This document shows positions 24,523 through 36,706 of a DNA stretch of 64,000 bases, in pieces. The stretch is from the NCBI RefSeq assembly GCF_018350175.1, contig NC_058368.1, forward strand, positions 36,768,001-36,832,000. Reading direction: 5' to 3'. The translations under genes and the position numbers were made by a program. Origin of the DNA: Felis catus. Its lineage: Eukaryota. Below the pieces are notes generated by a model. That model made no database searches. It worked only from the letters and a program-made list of their open reading frames with translations, and was not told the origin of the DNA. Numbering within the stretch: position 1 is the stretch's first letter; each line of letters begins with the position of its first letter.

Positions 24523-25214
24523 TAGAATGGTCAAGGAGAGAGTCAAGGGATGAGGCTGTCACCATTAAGTCACCATTGGGGAACTTGTGAAGATATAAGA
24601 GATATGCATATTGGCAGCATTTGTAAAATAAGAACAAAAGCTTCACTGTACTTCATGATCTTTGGAGGCAGTTTTTAGGATCTAATATTGATTTTTATAA
24701 ACAAATATTTAAGTTGAGCATTTAAGTTTTATTTCAGGTTCTTAAGAAGATTGAATTCAAGAAAAAGTAATTTCTATCATGTTTATTAAATACCACATCT
24801 GATACTATTTTAACTAAAATTGCTGTTGCTGTTTATAGACCCATTTATATATTTATTTATCTGTATACATATATAAGTATCTGGAATAATGTTTGCCAAC
24901 AGCCAGTAATGATTATAGCCCAGTGGAGATCTGGACATTTGTTTTCTAGAGTGCATGAAATCAGTTCATTATTATTGAAACATTACTTAAACATAGAAGG
25001 GAAGGCAGTATATGACAGTTTCTTTAGAATGAAAAGGGGAGATGAAAGTAGATTCATGCACAGAGGAATAGAAGCAGTGGAGGAAGAGATATTGGAATTA
25101 CAAGTAAAGAAAGGATAAGCGGTAGAATAAATGTTGACAGCAGGCAAAGCAAGGTTATCAAGAGAGTGGGTGCTAAAGGAGAGAGAACAGTTATTTCTTG
25201 AGATGAGATCTGAG

Positions 25215-25830
25215 GCAGTATTGCCCTTAGACTCAGGAAACAGAAGCCCCTTTCCTGAGTTTGGCTTTCCTCAGGCTACATCTCTTTCCATGGGCCAGGA
25301 ATTCATTGGGTCAAAGGGACGTGCCACCCGGCCCTGCACATGTACTACTTGACCATGCTCCTTTTTTTCTAGGACATGGAAAGGTCTGAGCTGAGTTGTC
25401 ATAAGGTGGACCCCTTTGCTAGAGTGTATGTCTTTGCCTGAGAGGTGGCCAAGGGATTTTGTTTCGGTGGTGTGTGGATGAACATACAGGTTGGGTGTCC
25501 AGAGTGCACACACAAGTTTCTTGAAGTTCAGGATGGAGCTTGGAATGAAGAACTGAACAGGGCAGGCTAAACGCTCGATAGAGCTGGGAGCTTGGAAGCT
25601 CTGGCCTACTGTCCTGCTGCCAGGTTCCGTTATAAAACTTGGAGGACTTCACACCTTCTAAATTTCAGCGTGGCCTGTTGAAGCTTTAGGACGATGTTAT
25701 TGTTGAGCCAAGGGGATAGAACATATTTATTTTAGAGTTTGTTAGATGTATTTCTGTCTTTATTTAAAATGTGGAAATATGGATTTCCATTTCTACTTGT
25801 GCCCCAGGAACCAAAAATGTGGTTGTAATT
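25215..25830. mobile_element. Possible hAT-Tip100-family DNA transposon fossil
   Basis: Right end TTCCATTTCTACTTGTGCCCCAGGAACCAAAAATGT resembles Tip100-type termini; subfamily uncertain. Confidence 0.35.
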
Positions 25831-27053
25831 TAGGCGAAGTGTGGAAGACAAGGGCTTTGAAGAGCGAATGTGAAGAATTCATGTTGGATTACCTCCTTGG
25901 GCTCAGTAATTCTAGAGTCAAGCTTTTTTGGGGGTGGGGCGAGGGGTGGGATCTTAGACTGCAGAGAACAAGGGCCAAAGGGACTTCGCTAGAAACTGGC
26001 ATGGCAAGTAGTCAAGCATTAGGAAGAAGCAGGCAGGGCAAAAATGTGAGGCAATATGTACTTTCTTGTGACCTTCTCTGGCAATATTCAGGGGCTGAGG
26101 AGTAGGGGCTCAACGCAGTTACTCAGATTCATTCATTTATTTATCCATTCATGTTTACATATTTACTGAGAATTTACGGAATGCTACACACTGTTGTATG
26201 TACCAGGGGTACTGTGATAAACACAGTTGACAAAGCCTTGCTTTCCTGAGGCTGAAGTTTTCCTTTTTCAGAATTGCTAGGAATGACACAACTCTCAATG
26301 GGCACATAGTAAGGAGAGAAATTGACATAAAGTACCTTTGACTCAGTCATCACTCTATGTAAAAATTATATTCCACTCACAGCATCATAAATGACTAAAC
26401 ACTGCTTAGCAGCCCAGAAATATAGTCCCATGTATTGTCTTATTTTAAAAAAGAATTTTGCCCAAACTATCTTTCAGCCTCTTGCAGGCCACAATTTTCC
26501 TCTCTTCTTTTTCTGGATTGGCAGAGAAGCGAGTTAAAGAAAATCCTCCTACGCATTTTCCACTACTACCTTAATGACTATCACTTATCTCAAAACCTGT
26601 CTGTGTGTCTAAGTACTTGGGTACATTGTACTACCTTTTCACTTGTTAAAAGGCAAGCTTATAACTGGTCTGCTTTCCTCTGACGTTGATTACTCACATT
26701 CTACACACAAGTATGAGAGAAGCCAAAGGCCACAAAATTCCCTGGTGGAGTTCCTGCTGTTGTCGGACTGGGGTGGGTTGTCTTCACTTGTTTCTGTCAT
26801 GGTGTCATGATAATGATGCTGATTTAACGTAGTTAACTGAAGTTTTAGGTGAGTCTTTTTAAACAGAGTGTATTATCAGGTGCAGCTAAACCCAAACGTT
26901 TCATGAAAAGTTTGTTTTGTTTTGTTTTGTTTTTTAACTTCATTTAAAAATTTAAAGTGTTCTAGGAAGACACTGGGCTTTGATACTTGGTATGTGATCT
27001 CAGTGTCTCAATGTCCTCATTTGTAAAATGGGAGCAGTGTCTATGCCATACAG

Positions 27054-29332
27054 TTTGTTTTGTTTGTTTATTTAAATTCCAGTATTAGCATACAGTGTTA
27101 TATTATTTCAGGTCTGTAATATAGTGATTCAGCAATTCTATGCATTTCTGTGTACTCATCGTGATGAAAGTACTCTTAATTCCCTTCACCAGTTCTCCCA
27201 TCCCCACACCTACTTCCTCTCTGGTAACCATCAATTTGTTCTCTATAGTTAAGAGCCTGTTTCTCTCATTTCTTGCCCTTTGCTCATTTGTTTTGTTTCT
27301 TAAATTTCGTATATGAGTGAAATCATATGGGATTTGTCTTTCTCTGACTTATTTCACTTAGCATTATACTCTCTAGCTCCATCCATGTTGTTGCACATGA
27401 CAAGATTTCATCTTTTTTATGGCTGAATAATATTCCATCACATATGTGTGTGTATATATACATACATCTGTGTGTGTGTGTGTATGTATGTATGTATATG
27501 TATATGTGTGTGTATATGTATATACACACACACAACTTCTTTATCCCTTCATCAGCCAGTGGACACTTGGGCTGCTTCCATAAATTGGCTATTGTAAATA
27601 ATGCTGTTATAAACATTGGGGTGCGTGTATGCCTTTGAATTAGTGTTTTTGTATTATTGTTTGGGTAAATATCCAGTAGTGCAATTGCTGGATAATAGGT
27701 AGTTCTATTTTTTAGCTTTTGAAGGAACCTCCATACTATTTTCCATAATGGCTGCACCAGGTTGCCTTACCACCAACAGTGTAAGAGTGTCCTTTTTTTC
27801 CACATCGTTGCCAACACCTGTTGTTTCTTGTGATTTTATCTATTCTGACAGGTGTGAGGTGATATCTAATTACAGTTTTGATTTGCATTTCCCTGATGGT
27901 GAGTGCTGTTGAGCATCGTTGCATGTGTCTGTTGGCCATCTGTATGTCTCTTTTGGAGAAATGTCTTTTCATGCCTTCTGCCCATTTTTTTAATTGGGTG
28001 TTGAGTTTCATGAATTCTTTATATATTTTGGATACTAACCCTTTATCAGATGTATCATTGAAAATATCTTCTCCCATTCCGTAGGTTGCCATAAAGTTTT
28101 GCTGATTATTTCCTTTGCTGTGCAGAAACTTTTAATTTTGATGTAGTCCCAAACATTTATTTTTGCTTTTATTTTCATTGCCTCAGGAGACATATTTAGA
28201 AAAACGTGGCTTTGGCTAATGTCAGAGGAATTACTGCCAATGCTCTTTCCAAGGATTTTTATGGTTTCAAGTTTCACATTTAGTTCTTTAATCCATTTTG
28301 TGTTTCTTTTTGTGTATGATGAAAGAAAGTGGTCCAGTTTCATTCTTTCGAATGTTGCCATCCAGTTTTCCCAACACCATTTGTCGAAGAGACTGTCTCT
28401 TACCCATTGCTTATTCTTGACTTCTTTATTGAAGATTAACTGACCATATAGTTGTGGGGTTATTTTTTGTTTTTTTGTTCTGTTCCATTGATCTCCATGT
28501 CGGTTTTTGTGCCAGTACTATACTGTTTTGATTACTGTAGCTTTGTAATATAACTTGAAATCTGTAATTGTGATACCTCCACTTTTGACTTTCTTTTTCA
28601 AGATTGCTTTGGCTATTCACAGTCTTTTGTGGTTCCATACAAACTTTAGGATTGTTTATTCCACTTCTGTGAAAAATACTGGTGGTATTTTGATAAGGAT
28701 TGCTTTAAATGTGTAGATTGCTTTGGATAATATAGACATTTTAACAATATTTGTTCTTCCAGTCCATGAGCACGGAAAATCTTTCCATTTTTTTGTGTCT
28801 TCTTAAATTCCTTTCATCAGTGCTTTATAGTTTTCAGAGTACAAGTGTTTTATGTCCTTGGTTAAGTTTATTCCTAGGTATTTTACTATTTTTAATGCAA
28901 TTGTAAATGAGATTATTTTCTTAATTTATCTTTCTGTGGCTTCATTATTAGTATATAGAAATGCAACAGATTTCTGCACATTGATTTTGTATCCTGAGAC
29001 TTTGCTGAATTCATGTCTCAGTTCTAGTAGTTTTTTGGTGCAGTTTTAGGTTTTTCTACGTATTGTATCATGTCATCTGCCAATAGTGAAAGTTTTATTT
29101 CTTCCTGACCAATTACAATGCCCTTTATTTCTTTGTGTTGTCTGATTTCTGGGGCTAGGACTTGTAGTACTGTGTTGAATAACAGTGGTGAGAGTGGACA
29201 TCCTTGTCTTGTTCCCAGTCTTAGGGGAAAAGCTCTCATTTTTTCCCTATTGAGTATGATGTTTGCTGTGCATTTTTCATATAAGGCCTGTATTATGTTA
29301 CAGTATGTTCCCTCTAAACATACTTTGTTGAG
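27054..29332 (-). mobile_element. 5'-truncated carnivore L1 (RT domain to 3' UTR) inserted in a MIR
   Basis: ORF 29024-29239 [30 protein letters not shown] (L1 RT motifs); collinear ORF2 C-terminal fragments 28361-27323; multiple frameshifts; MIR halves on both flanks. Confidence 0.95.
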
Positions 29333-30007
29333 GCATAGAATTTTTTTTGAGTTTTTTTGAGTATTAAAATAATTGATGTATTTAAAGCACCTAGTATATT
29401 GTTCCCCTGAAATTGCTTGTTAAATTATATGTTACAATTAACATCACTGTTATTGAGCCAACAGATTTTATTGAGCATTTACTGTGTGACAGATACTGTG
29501 GCATATCTGGCAACATAACTGGATAAAAGCACTCACCTCACCGAGCTTAAATGTAATAATTACATATAACAATTCCAGTTGTTTTTAATCCAATGTTGTG
29601 ATGACATTTGCCAGTGTTCTTGTTTTTTAATTCTCTGACCCTATGTAAACATTAAAAGGTATTATCCAAGTGACTCCCATATCACAGATGTATAATAAAT
29701 GTTTATCAAATGAACAAATAATTAATGCAGCCATGGTGAAAATTTTAAAAAGCTAGAAAGTTTGATAACTACCTATATTAGAGAGAAATATGTGAGATAT
29801 ATTTATCAATATAGGTCTCAATGTATGCTTTAATGGCATTTATTCTGAGTACTATTAAAGAGGCTATAGTAGGAAATACAGGGTAAAGCCATGCTGGTCA
29901 GTGGAAAAGAAGGCAGGTCTCCTGTAATTTTACTTATTTTTGAGATACCAGTGGCAATTCTTCTGGGCCATTTTTTTTAAAAAAAGTTTTATTTATATAT
30001 TTTCTCA

Positions 30008-30216
30008 ATTTTATTGAGGTGTAATTGACATATAACATTGTGTAAGTTTAAATTATATAACCTGTTGATTTGATGCACTTACATATTGCAAAATGATTAC
30101 CACCATAGCATTAGCTAACATATTTATCACCTCACATAATTATTTCATTTCTTTTTTGTGGTGGGAACATTTAAGATGTACTCTCTTAACAACTTTAAAG
30201 TATATACTACATTATT
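30008..30216 (-). mobile_element. L1 3'-end fragment (L1MA9-like)
   Basis: TTTATTGAGGTGTAATTGACATATAACATTGTG..GATTACCACCATAG..GGGAACATTTAAGATGTACTCTCTT. Confidence 0.8.
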
Positions 30217-30808
30217 GTTCTGTTGGTAACAAATTCTTTTAGCCTCTGTGTACCTAAATGAGTTTTATTTTGCCTATATTTTTGAAAGATACTGTTTTGT
30301 TGAGTATAGAATTCTAGGTTGATAGGTTTTTTTTTTCTTGCCAAGAGGTTTGAAATATTGCTCGATTATCTTCTTGCTTGCATTGTTTCCAAAGTTAAGT
30401 CTGCTACCATCCTTATTTCTTTGCTTTTAGGTATATAACATGTTTTTCCCTCCCCCACAACTCTTTTATTAACTCTTTACTCCTGATTTTAGGCACCTTG
30501 ATTTTACAGCTTGTCAGAGTCCTCTCTCTAAAGGTCTCCCCAGTCAGTGCTCTGTCCTATATACTCATGCCACCTCTGTTTCTTCACCTGATGGAACCTC
30601 TTTGTGGAACCTAAAAACTTTCTTACGGCTGTAAGCTGGGGCAATCATAGCACTACTGGATTTAAATTTTATCTTTCTGAGACCATTGTCCTTCAGTTGC
30701 CTGATGTACAGTGTCTTTAAAACTGTTGTTGTATATATTTTGTTTGTCTTTCTTAGGTGGTAGCATAAGTCTCATTGCTCACACACTATCTTTGCCAGAA
30801 GTGGAAGT
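30217..30808 (-). mobile_element. Ancient L1M (L1MC/ME-like) 5'/ORF1 fragments
   Basis: TTTTGAAAGATA..GAGTATAGAATTCTAGGTTGA and terminal TTGCCAGAAGTGGAAGT, typical of old L1 5' regions. Confidence 0.6.
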
Positions 30809-31563
30809 ATATCCATCTGTGACATTTTGTAATCAGTCATCATATTTGAAAAGCTGCAGTTTTTTCAGGGGCATTGTCTTTTCTTGGACAGAAAGGCTTT
30901 ATTGTGGAGGGAAATTTCTGAACTTCAGATTTCTATGATATAATAAGGCCCACTGAGGGCTGACAGATCTAGGAATTATAGAAAATCTTGAGACAAAGAT
31001 TGGTAATTTTTTAAACCAAAAAAATAAATTCTCAAGGGTAAAAAGTAAATGGAGGTCCTGATTTACATTTTATTTTCTAACAAGTGTAGCCATAAATTAT
31101 TCTGAAACACACGTTTCTGTATTTCTATATTTCATTTTTTTATTTCCAAATTGCCCTGGGACCTTATTTCAACAATGCTTCTATTGCAATATTTCCAAAA
31201 TGTATTTGGAATTATTTTTTAAAATTTATGTTAAGTTTCAGAAAGTTAATAAAATATACCTTAGTAGTCCATAGCTTATTACCTACTTGTAAGTAGACAG
31301 TTTCTATGAAAATATCTAAAAATCATGGTATTGTAATCCTATTTAATTGTATTTATTTTTCCATAATTATCCTTATTATATGTAGCTATTCTATTTTAAT
31401 TACCTAATAGTTAAAAAATACCTAGGTATTACAGTGTCTAAGGATTTTATGTCTTCACAATGACAACACAACTTTCCATTTATTTTTGATTTTGAAAGTT
31501 AATTTACAGTACTTATGCTAAGACCAACATCTGATTTTTCTAGTATTTATAATGAGTTTGTCA

Positions 31564-31607
<44 letters not shown>
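31564..31607. repeat. (TATC)11 tetranucleotide microsatellite
   Basis: Perfect repeat read directly. Confidence 0.97.
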
Positions 31608-31629
31608 AGAATACAGAAGCTTGCTCTTT

Positions 31630-32158
31630 TGTTTATTAAAAAATTTTAAATTGTAGTAGATATATAATATTATTTAGTTTCAGTTGTACAATGTGGTGAT
31701 TTGACATTTATGTACATTAAGAAATGATCACTTCATATCCAGTTACCATCTATCACCAAAGTTATTATGCTATTGTTGACTGTATTCCCTATGCTATACT
31801 TTTCATCTCCCTGACTTACTTGTTTTATAACTGGAAGTTTGTACCTCTTAATTCTTTTCACCTATTTTGCGTATCCCCTCACCCCACCCTCACTTTCCTC
31901 TGGCAACCACATTTGTTCCATTTATCAATTTGTTTCTGTTTTTGTTTGCTTGTTTTGTTTTTTAGATTCCACATATAAGTGAAATCTTAGGGTATTTGTC
32001 TTTATCTGTCTGACTTGTTTAACCTAACATAATACCTACTATGTCCAACTATATTGTCACCAGTGGCAAGATTTATTCCTTTTTGTGGCTAAGTAATATT
32101 CCACTGTGCATATATAACACATTTTTTTAATCCATTCTTCTTTCAGTGAACACTTAAT
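31630..32158 (-). mobile_element. L1 3'-UTR fragment (carnivore type)
   Basis: Homologous to 18576-19090 (TATTCCCTATGCT..TATAACTGGAAG..TTTAGATTCCACATATAAGTGAA). Confidence 0.88.
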
Positions 32159-32174
32159 TTGGGAAGCGTGCTAT

Positions 32175-32378
32175 TTTGTTTTTTAAGTTTATTTATTTTG
32201 AGAGAGAGTGCATGTGAGCAAGAGAGGGGCAGAGGAGAGGGAGAGAGAGAATCCCAAGCAGGCTCTGCACTGTCAGCACAGAGTCCAACATGGGATTCAA
32301 AGTCAAGTACTGTGAAATCATGACCTGAGCTGAAATCAGGAGTCGGATGCTTAACCAACTGAGACACCCAGGCTCCCT
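32175..32378 (-). mobile_element. CanSINE
   Basis: Typical body; degenerate TSD GAAGCGTGCTATTTT / GAAGCTTGTTGTTTT. Confidence 0.92.
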
Positions 32379-33167
32379 GAAGCTTGTTGTTTTGAATGCT
32401 GAAAGTTATTTTTACAAAATTTGGGGTAGCATAAATCTCTAATGTACATTTCGTTGCCTTCATTAACAGACCTATACTGAATCCCATAAATGAGAACATT
32501 GACTAAAATTAGTTATCTTAACCAGTTACTTCACAAATTTATAAAACAATGATGTTCCCAGGAGCTATTGATATATGTAACATTGTCCCAACACTAAGTT
32601 GACCAAAATTTCTATGTTTTTATATCTTTTTGCTTTTACTCTTCTACTTTACAAGTATCACTATCAATTTTTTACAAGCGTATCACAGGGTTACAGTACA
32701 AATGTCTTTTGAAATACACTAAGAAACATTGCTTCTACATTGCTTAGTGTGTTAGAAGTTTTACCCATATAATTATGATTTTATTATGTTTTTATTTTAA
32801 TGTGCATATAGTAATAAAGATATTTGCTCATAGTTATTTGATTAATTTTCTCAAAAGGCTATTTTAACATTCACTCATATGATTGATATGCATACCATTT
32901 CTAGGGAAAATAATCTTTTCCAATTTTATGCATGAGAAAACTTTGGGTTACAGATAAACCATACAAGCTTTATCTTTTCCAGTACTTCTAGAATTGCCAA
33001 TGGAGGCGATTTCAGTAATTTCCTGTAATGCAGGTAAATTACATTGTTGCTTCAGTGTGACTTTATATATTAGAACATTTAAAGAAATCTGGCTATTTCT
33101 ATTTCCTAACCACTTTTTGTTTTGTTTTGGTGAAGAATGGATTCTAAAGACTCACTATAGAAAGTTT

Positions 33168-33384
33168 AAAAAATTTTTTTTTCAACGTTTATTTATTTTT
33201 GGGACAGAGAGAGACAGAGCATGAACGGGCGAGGGGCAGAGAGAGAGGGAGACACAGAATCGGAAACAGGCTACAGGCTCTGAGCCATCAGCCCAGAGCC
33301 TGACGCGGGGCTCGAACTCACGGAGTGCAAGATCGTGACCTGGCTGAAGCCGGACGTTTAACCCACTGCACCACCCAGGTGCCG
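33168..33384 (-). mobile_element. Young Felis-type CanSINE (SINEC_Fc-like)
   Basis: TTTCAACGTTTATTTATTTTTGGGACAGAG tail; perfect TSD CTATAGAAAGTTT (33155-33167, 33385-33397). Confidence 0.97.
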
Positions 33385-36300
33385 CTATAGAAAGTTTTAA
33401 AAAGTGACTAGAAAATTTGGCTAGGAGGCTACTTGGCACTAATAAAGGATACTTAGATAAATTTTTTAAAGAAATAATCATTTGAGTGTTGAATATCGTC
33501 TTTAAGGAATTAAAAGAAAGATTTTCTTAGTTGGAAATTTAATTGTGAACTTTCTAGCAATAAATAATAATAGTTTATTTAGGAAAAAAAATGCTACCAC
33601 TCTATTTAAAAGGAAAAAGAATACTATTATTTCAGAACATGTTATGAAAATCAGTTTTCCTAGAGTTATCCTTGCAAAAGTTGTTGTTTTAAAAAACACC
33701 CATTTCAGAGATGTGCTGACATCAGAGATGCTGAATTTCAAGTAAAGATGGTCTGTTATACAAAGATGCTATGTTATAAACTCAGAAATAAACTTAATAA
33801 ACGTAAGATAATAAACTTAAGTTGTTAAACTGAAATAAACTTGTAGACTTCAAGTCTACTCAGTCAACGAGAGAAGAAATTATACAATATTTCTAGAGAA
33901 AAACAGATTTCCTATCTTTATCATGAGACTGGGTTTAGCCAACTTAATATTAATATGCTTTGAGAATTGACTGAGGATGATAAGGACCCTCTTTCTATAT
34001 CTAATAATTTGTTTAGTGGAGGTCTCAGACTTTCGCAGGGTTAAATGTTTCAACTTCTTAACCTTTCTAATAAGAACTCAATTTAATTAGACATGCTGTA
34101 TCATTTGGGTTTCAACTGAATTTTTAAAGAAAATTATGGATGTTTTAACATATTGTATTACAGATTTAAAAATCTTGATTGTGCTTCATTCATTCAAGAA
34201 GTCCCTACTGAGAACTTAGTAAATGTCAGATACTGGGCTAGGAACTTCTCAAAGTGATTAAAGAAGTGTAAATTACGTTTCTTGCCCTTGAAGACCTCAC
34301 TATCTAATGGGTGGGGTGATCAGGAGAGGCACAGAGAACAACATAAGATAAATAATAATTAAATGTCCAAATGCCTCATAAAAGACACATGATATGGAAG
34401 TTCAGGAAGAAGGCAATGGTATATCTGTTATAAAATTAATATTTTGTGAATCTTTATGAAAAATTCTGAGTTGACGTAAGTCTTAAAGGTTGAATAGAAA
34501 CTGGACATATATATAATCTGGCCTAGTAAAAAAATGCATGCCTTTGCTACTTTGAAGTCATTTGAAGTTATTATGTCGTGGAGAGCACATTGAATTAGGA
34601 GGTATTTATCAAGATTCTGCACATATTTATCAAGATTCTGCAATAAGCTAGGTATAGGACTAAATCAGCCTCTTGGGCCTCTTAATAAGCTGGTGCACTC
34701 AACTAGCAACATAGTATTATGTTCACACTGGCAGTCAGACTCTCAATATACCATAGGCTTTACCCATCACCACATTTTCTTAGCTTTAAGAAAGGATACA
34801 GAAGAGGCAACAGTGCAACTATGTGTAGCAACAACATAGTGGAGGCCTTGTATCTTTAAGGCACAGCTTACAAATGTTTTAGGCGCTCCCCACTTAGGAT
34901 GCATGTGGTCATAAGACAAGAGTGGGTGAGGGCGGGCCATCTCAGTTCAGAGAAGCCCCATTTCTGCAGATATCTTCAATAAAGAAGATTCAATCAAGGA
35001 TCAAATCCTTAGGTGTCCTTGAGGCAAGAACAGAGGTTACAAATCAGTAATTGATCTTTTCCTTCCAATTTCATCTTCTTTACCTATAAAATGAGGGACT
35101 AATTTATATGGAACTTTATAAAAAAATGCTTGCCTTAAATTTTAACATCATTATTTACTAGTAGTGTGAATTTGGACAAGTTCACAACCTAAAGAGTCTC
35201 CTTTCTTTCATGGTAAAATAAGTGTGATAATACCTATTATTTACTTTTGTTATATAGTTTTAAATAGTCTAAAATGCTTTTGACTGGATATGGAGAGTCA
35301 GAATATTTTAATTTAGGTCTTAAATTTTGTATTTTTCCTCTTCATCTGCAGTTCTGAAAGGATTATTCTTGGTTTCATTTCCATACTGGGTCTAATAGGC
35401 TGCTAGGGTTTATTGTAAAATGAAAAAAATTAGAAGGGCAATGGGTTTTAAAAATACATGAGAGAGAAGGAGGTTCTTTGGGAAATGCACAGATTTCCTT
35501 GAGTCAGAGAAGAGGTCAGAGAAAGTGGAGAGTGAGGACAAATATAGGTTGCTAGACTCCAAAAGAGTCTGGGAGTTGATGCTTGGAAAGTGGTCTGAGT
35601 AGGTGGGCACTCATGATCTGCAGATTTGGGTAATACTCACCAGTACTCCCAAGACCTGTTTTGATTGTCATCAGTAAACTATTGGGAAAGCTCATATGCA
35701 TTGTCTTAGGAAAGGAGACAGGGGTCCTGGGTCCCTTTTGGTGGAAGGCCTGGTATATGATGGAGACAGAGAATTCCTCCTTTTTTTTGTTTTTGTTTTT
35801 GTTTTTTTTTTTGTTTTTTCCTTTCCTGGCCTCAAGAGGTTGTGATCAATCTACGATCTGGCCACTTCAGTTGCCTTGACATTCAATACTGTTTTCTACC
35901 ATTGAATTTATAGTAGAGAATTTTCCATTGACTACTGAATTGTCTAAAATGATTAAATTGGCCATTTTAGAGGTGTCAACTCAGTAATTTATTAGATTTT
36001 CTTGAGATGAAAAAGTGCTCAGTAATTTATTAGACAGATGTAGGTGTAGGGGATACTTTCTATCTTTACGACTCCATTAAAACTTTAATCATAACAATTG
36101 TTAAAAAAATAATTACAATACAGTTTCAATACTAAATGGTAATATTTTCCATCAAAAATTTTTCCTGAAGAAATCAGGAAAGTTTGACTAGTTTTAAGAA
36201 AACAGTTTTGTTTTTAGTAAAAGGTTTTATGAAAGAATGGAGTCTAGCATTTCCAGCCAACATTTATCTATAGCCTGACTAGATAACCTAAGGGATTTTT

Positions 36301-36479
36301 TTTTCTTCTTTTGGGTTTCTTTTACAGTTTAACCTATTTATCTCATTGAGAAAAATATGTAAACTAAAAACACATAAACAATTTAGTGGACTTTTTGGGC
36401 TGTTGGTAGTTTGCTTAGATGATATGAAGATTAAGACAATATGAAGATTATTTTTATTTCATTCACTTGCATGTGTGGG

Positions 36480-36706
36480 GATATATACCTTTTGAAGTTG
36501 GGTATCCTCCTGTGCTTTGTCAGTACTGTTAATCTGAGCTCTGAAACTCCCATTACATTTACTGTTTCCTTGACTGAAGCAAATCGCATGACAAAGGCAC
36601 ACTGGCCTACTCTAATGGAAGGTTCAGCAAAGTCATGTGGCAAAGAGAATATTATTCTCTAGCAAAGAAGGAGTGAAGGATTGGAAACAATAATCCTTTC
36701 TACCAT
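36480..36706 (-). mobile_element. Old MaLR (MLT1H/I/J-like) LTR fragment
   Basis: AAAGTCATGTGGCAAAG..GGAGTGAAGGATTGGAAACAATAATCCTTTCTACCA resembles the reverse complement of an MLT1 LTR start. Confidence 0.5.

Noticed and set aside
27323..29360. Cluster of ORFs with reverse-transcriptase motifs
   Set aside because: Frameshifted ORF2 of a 5'-truncated L1; no ORF1 or endonuclease, so not active.
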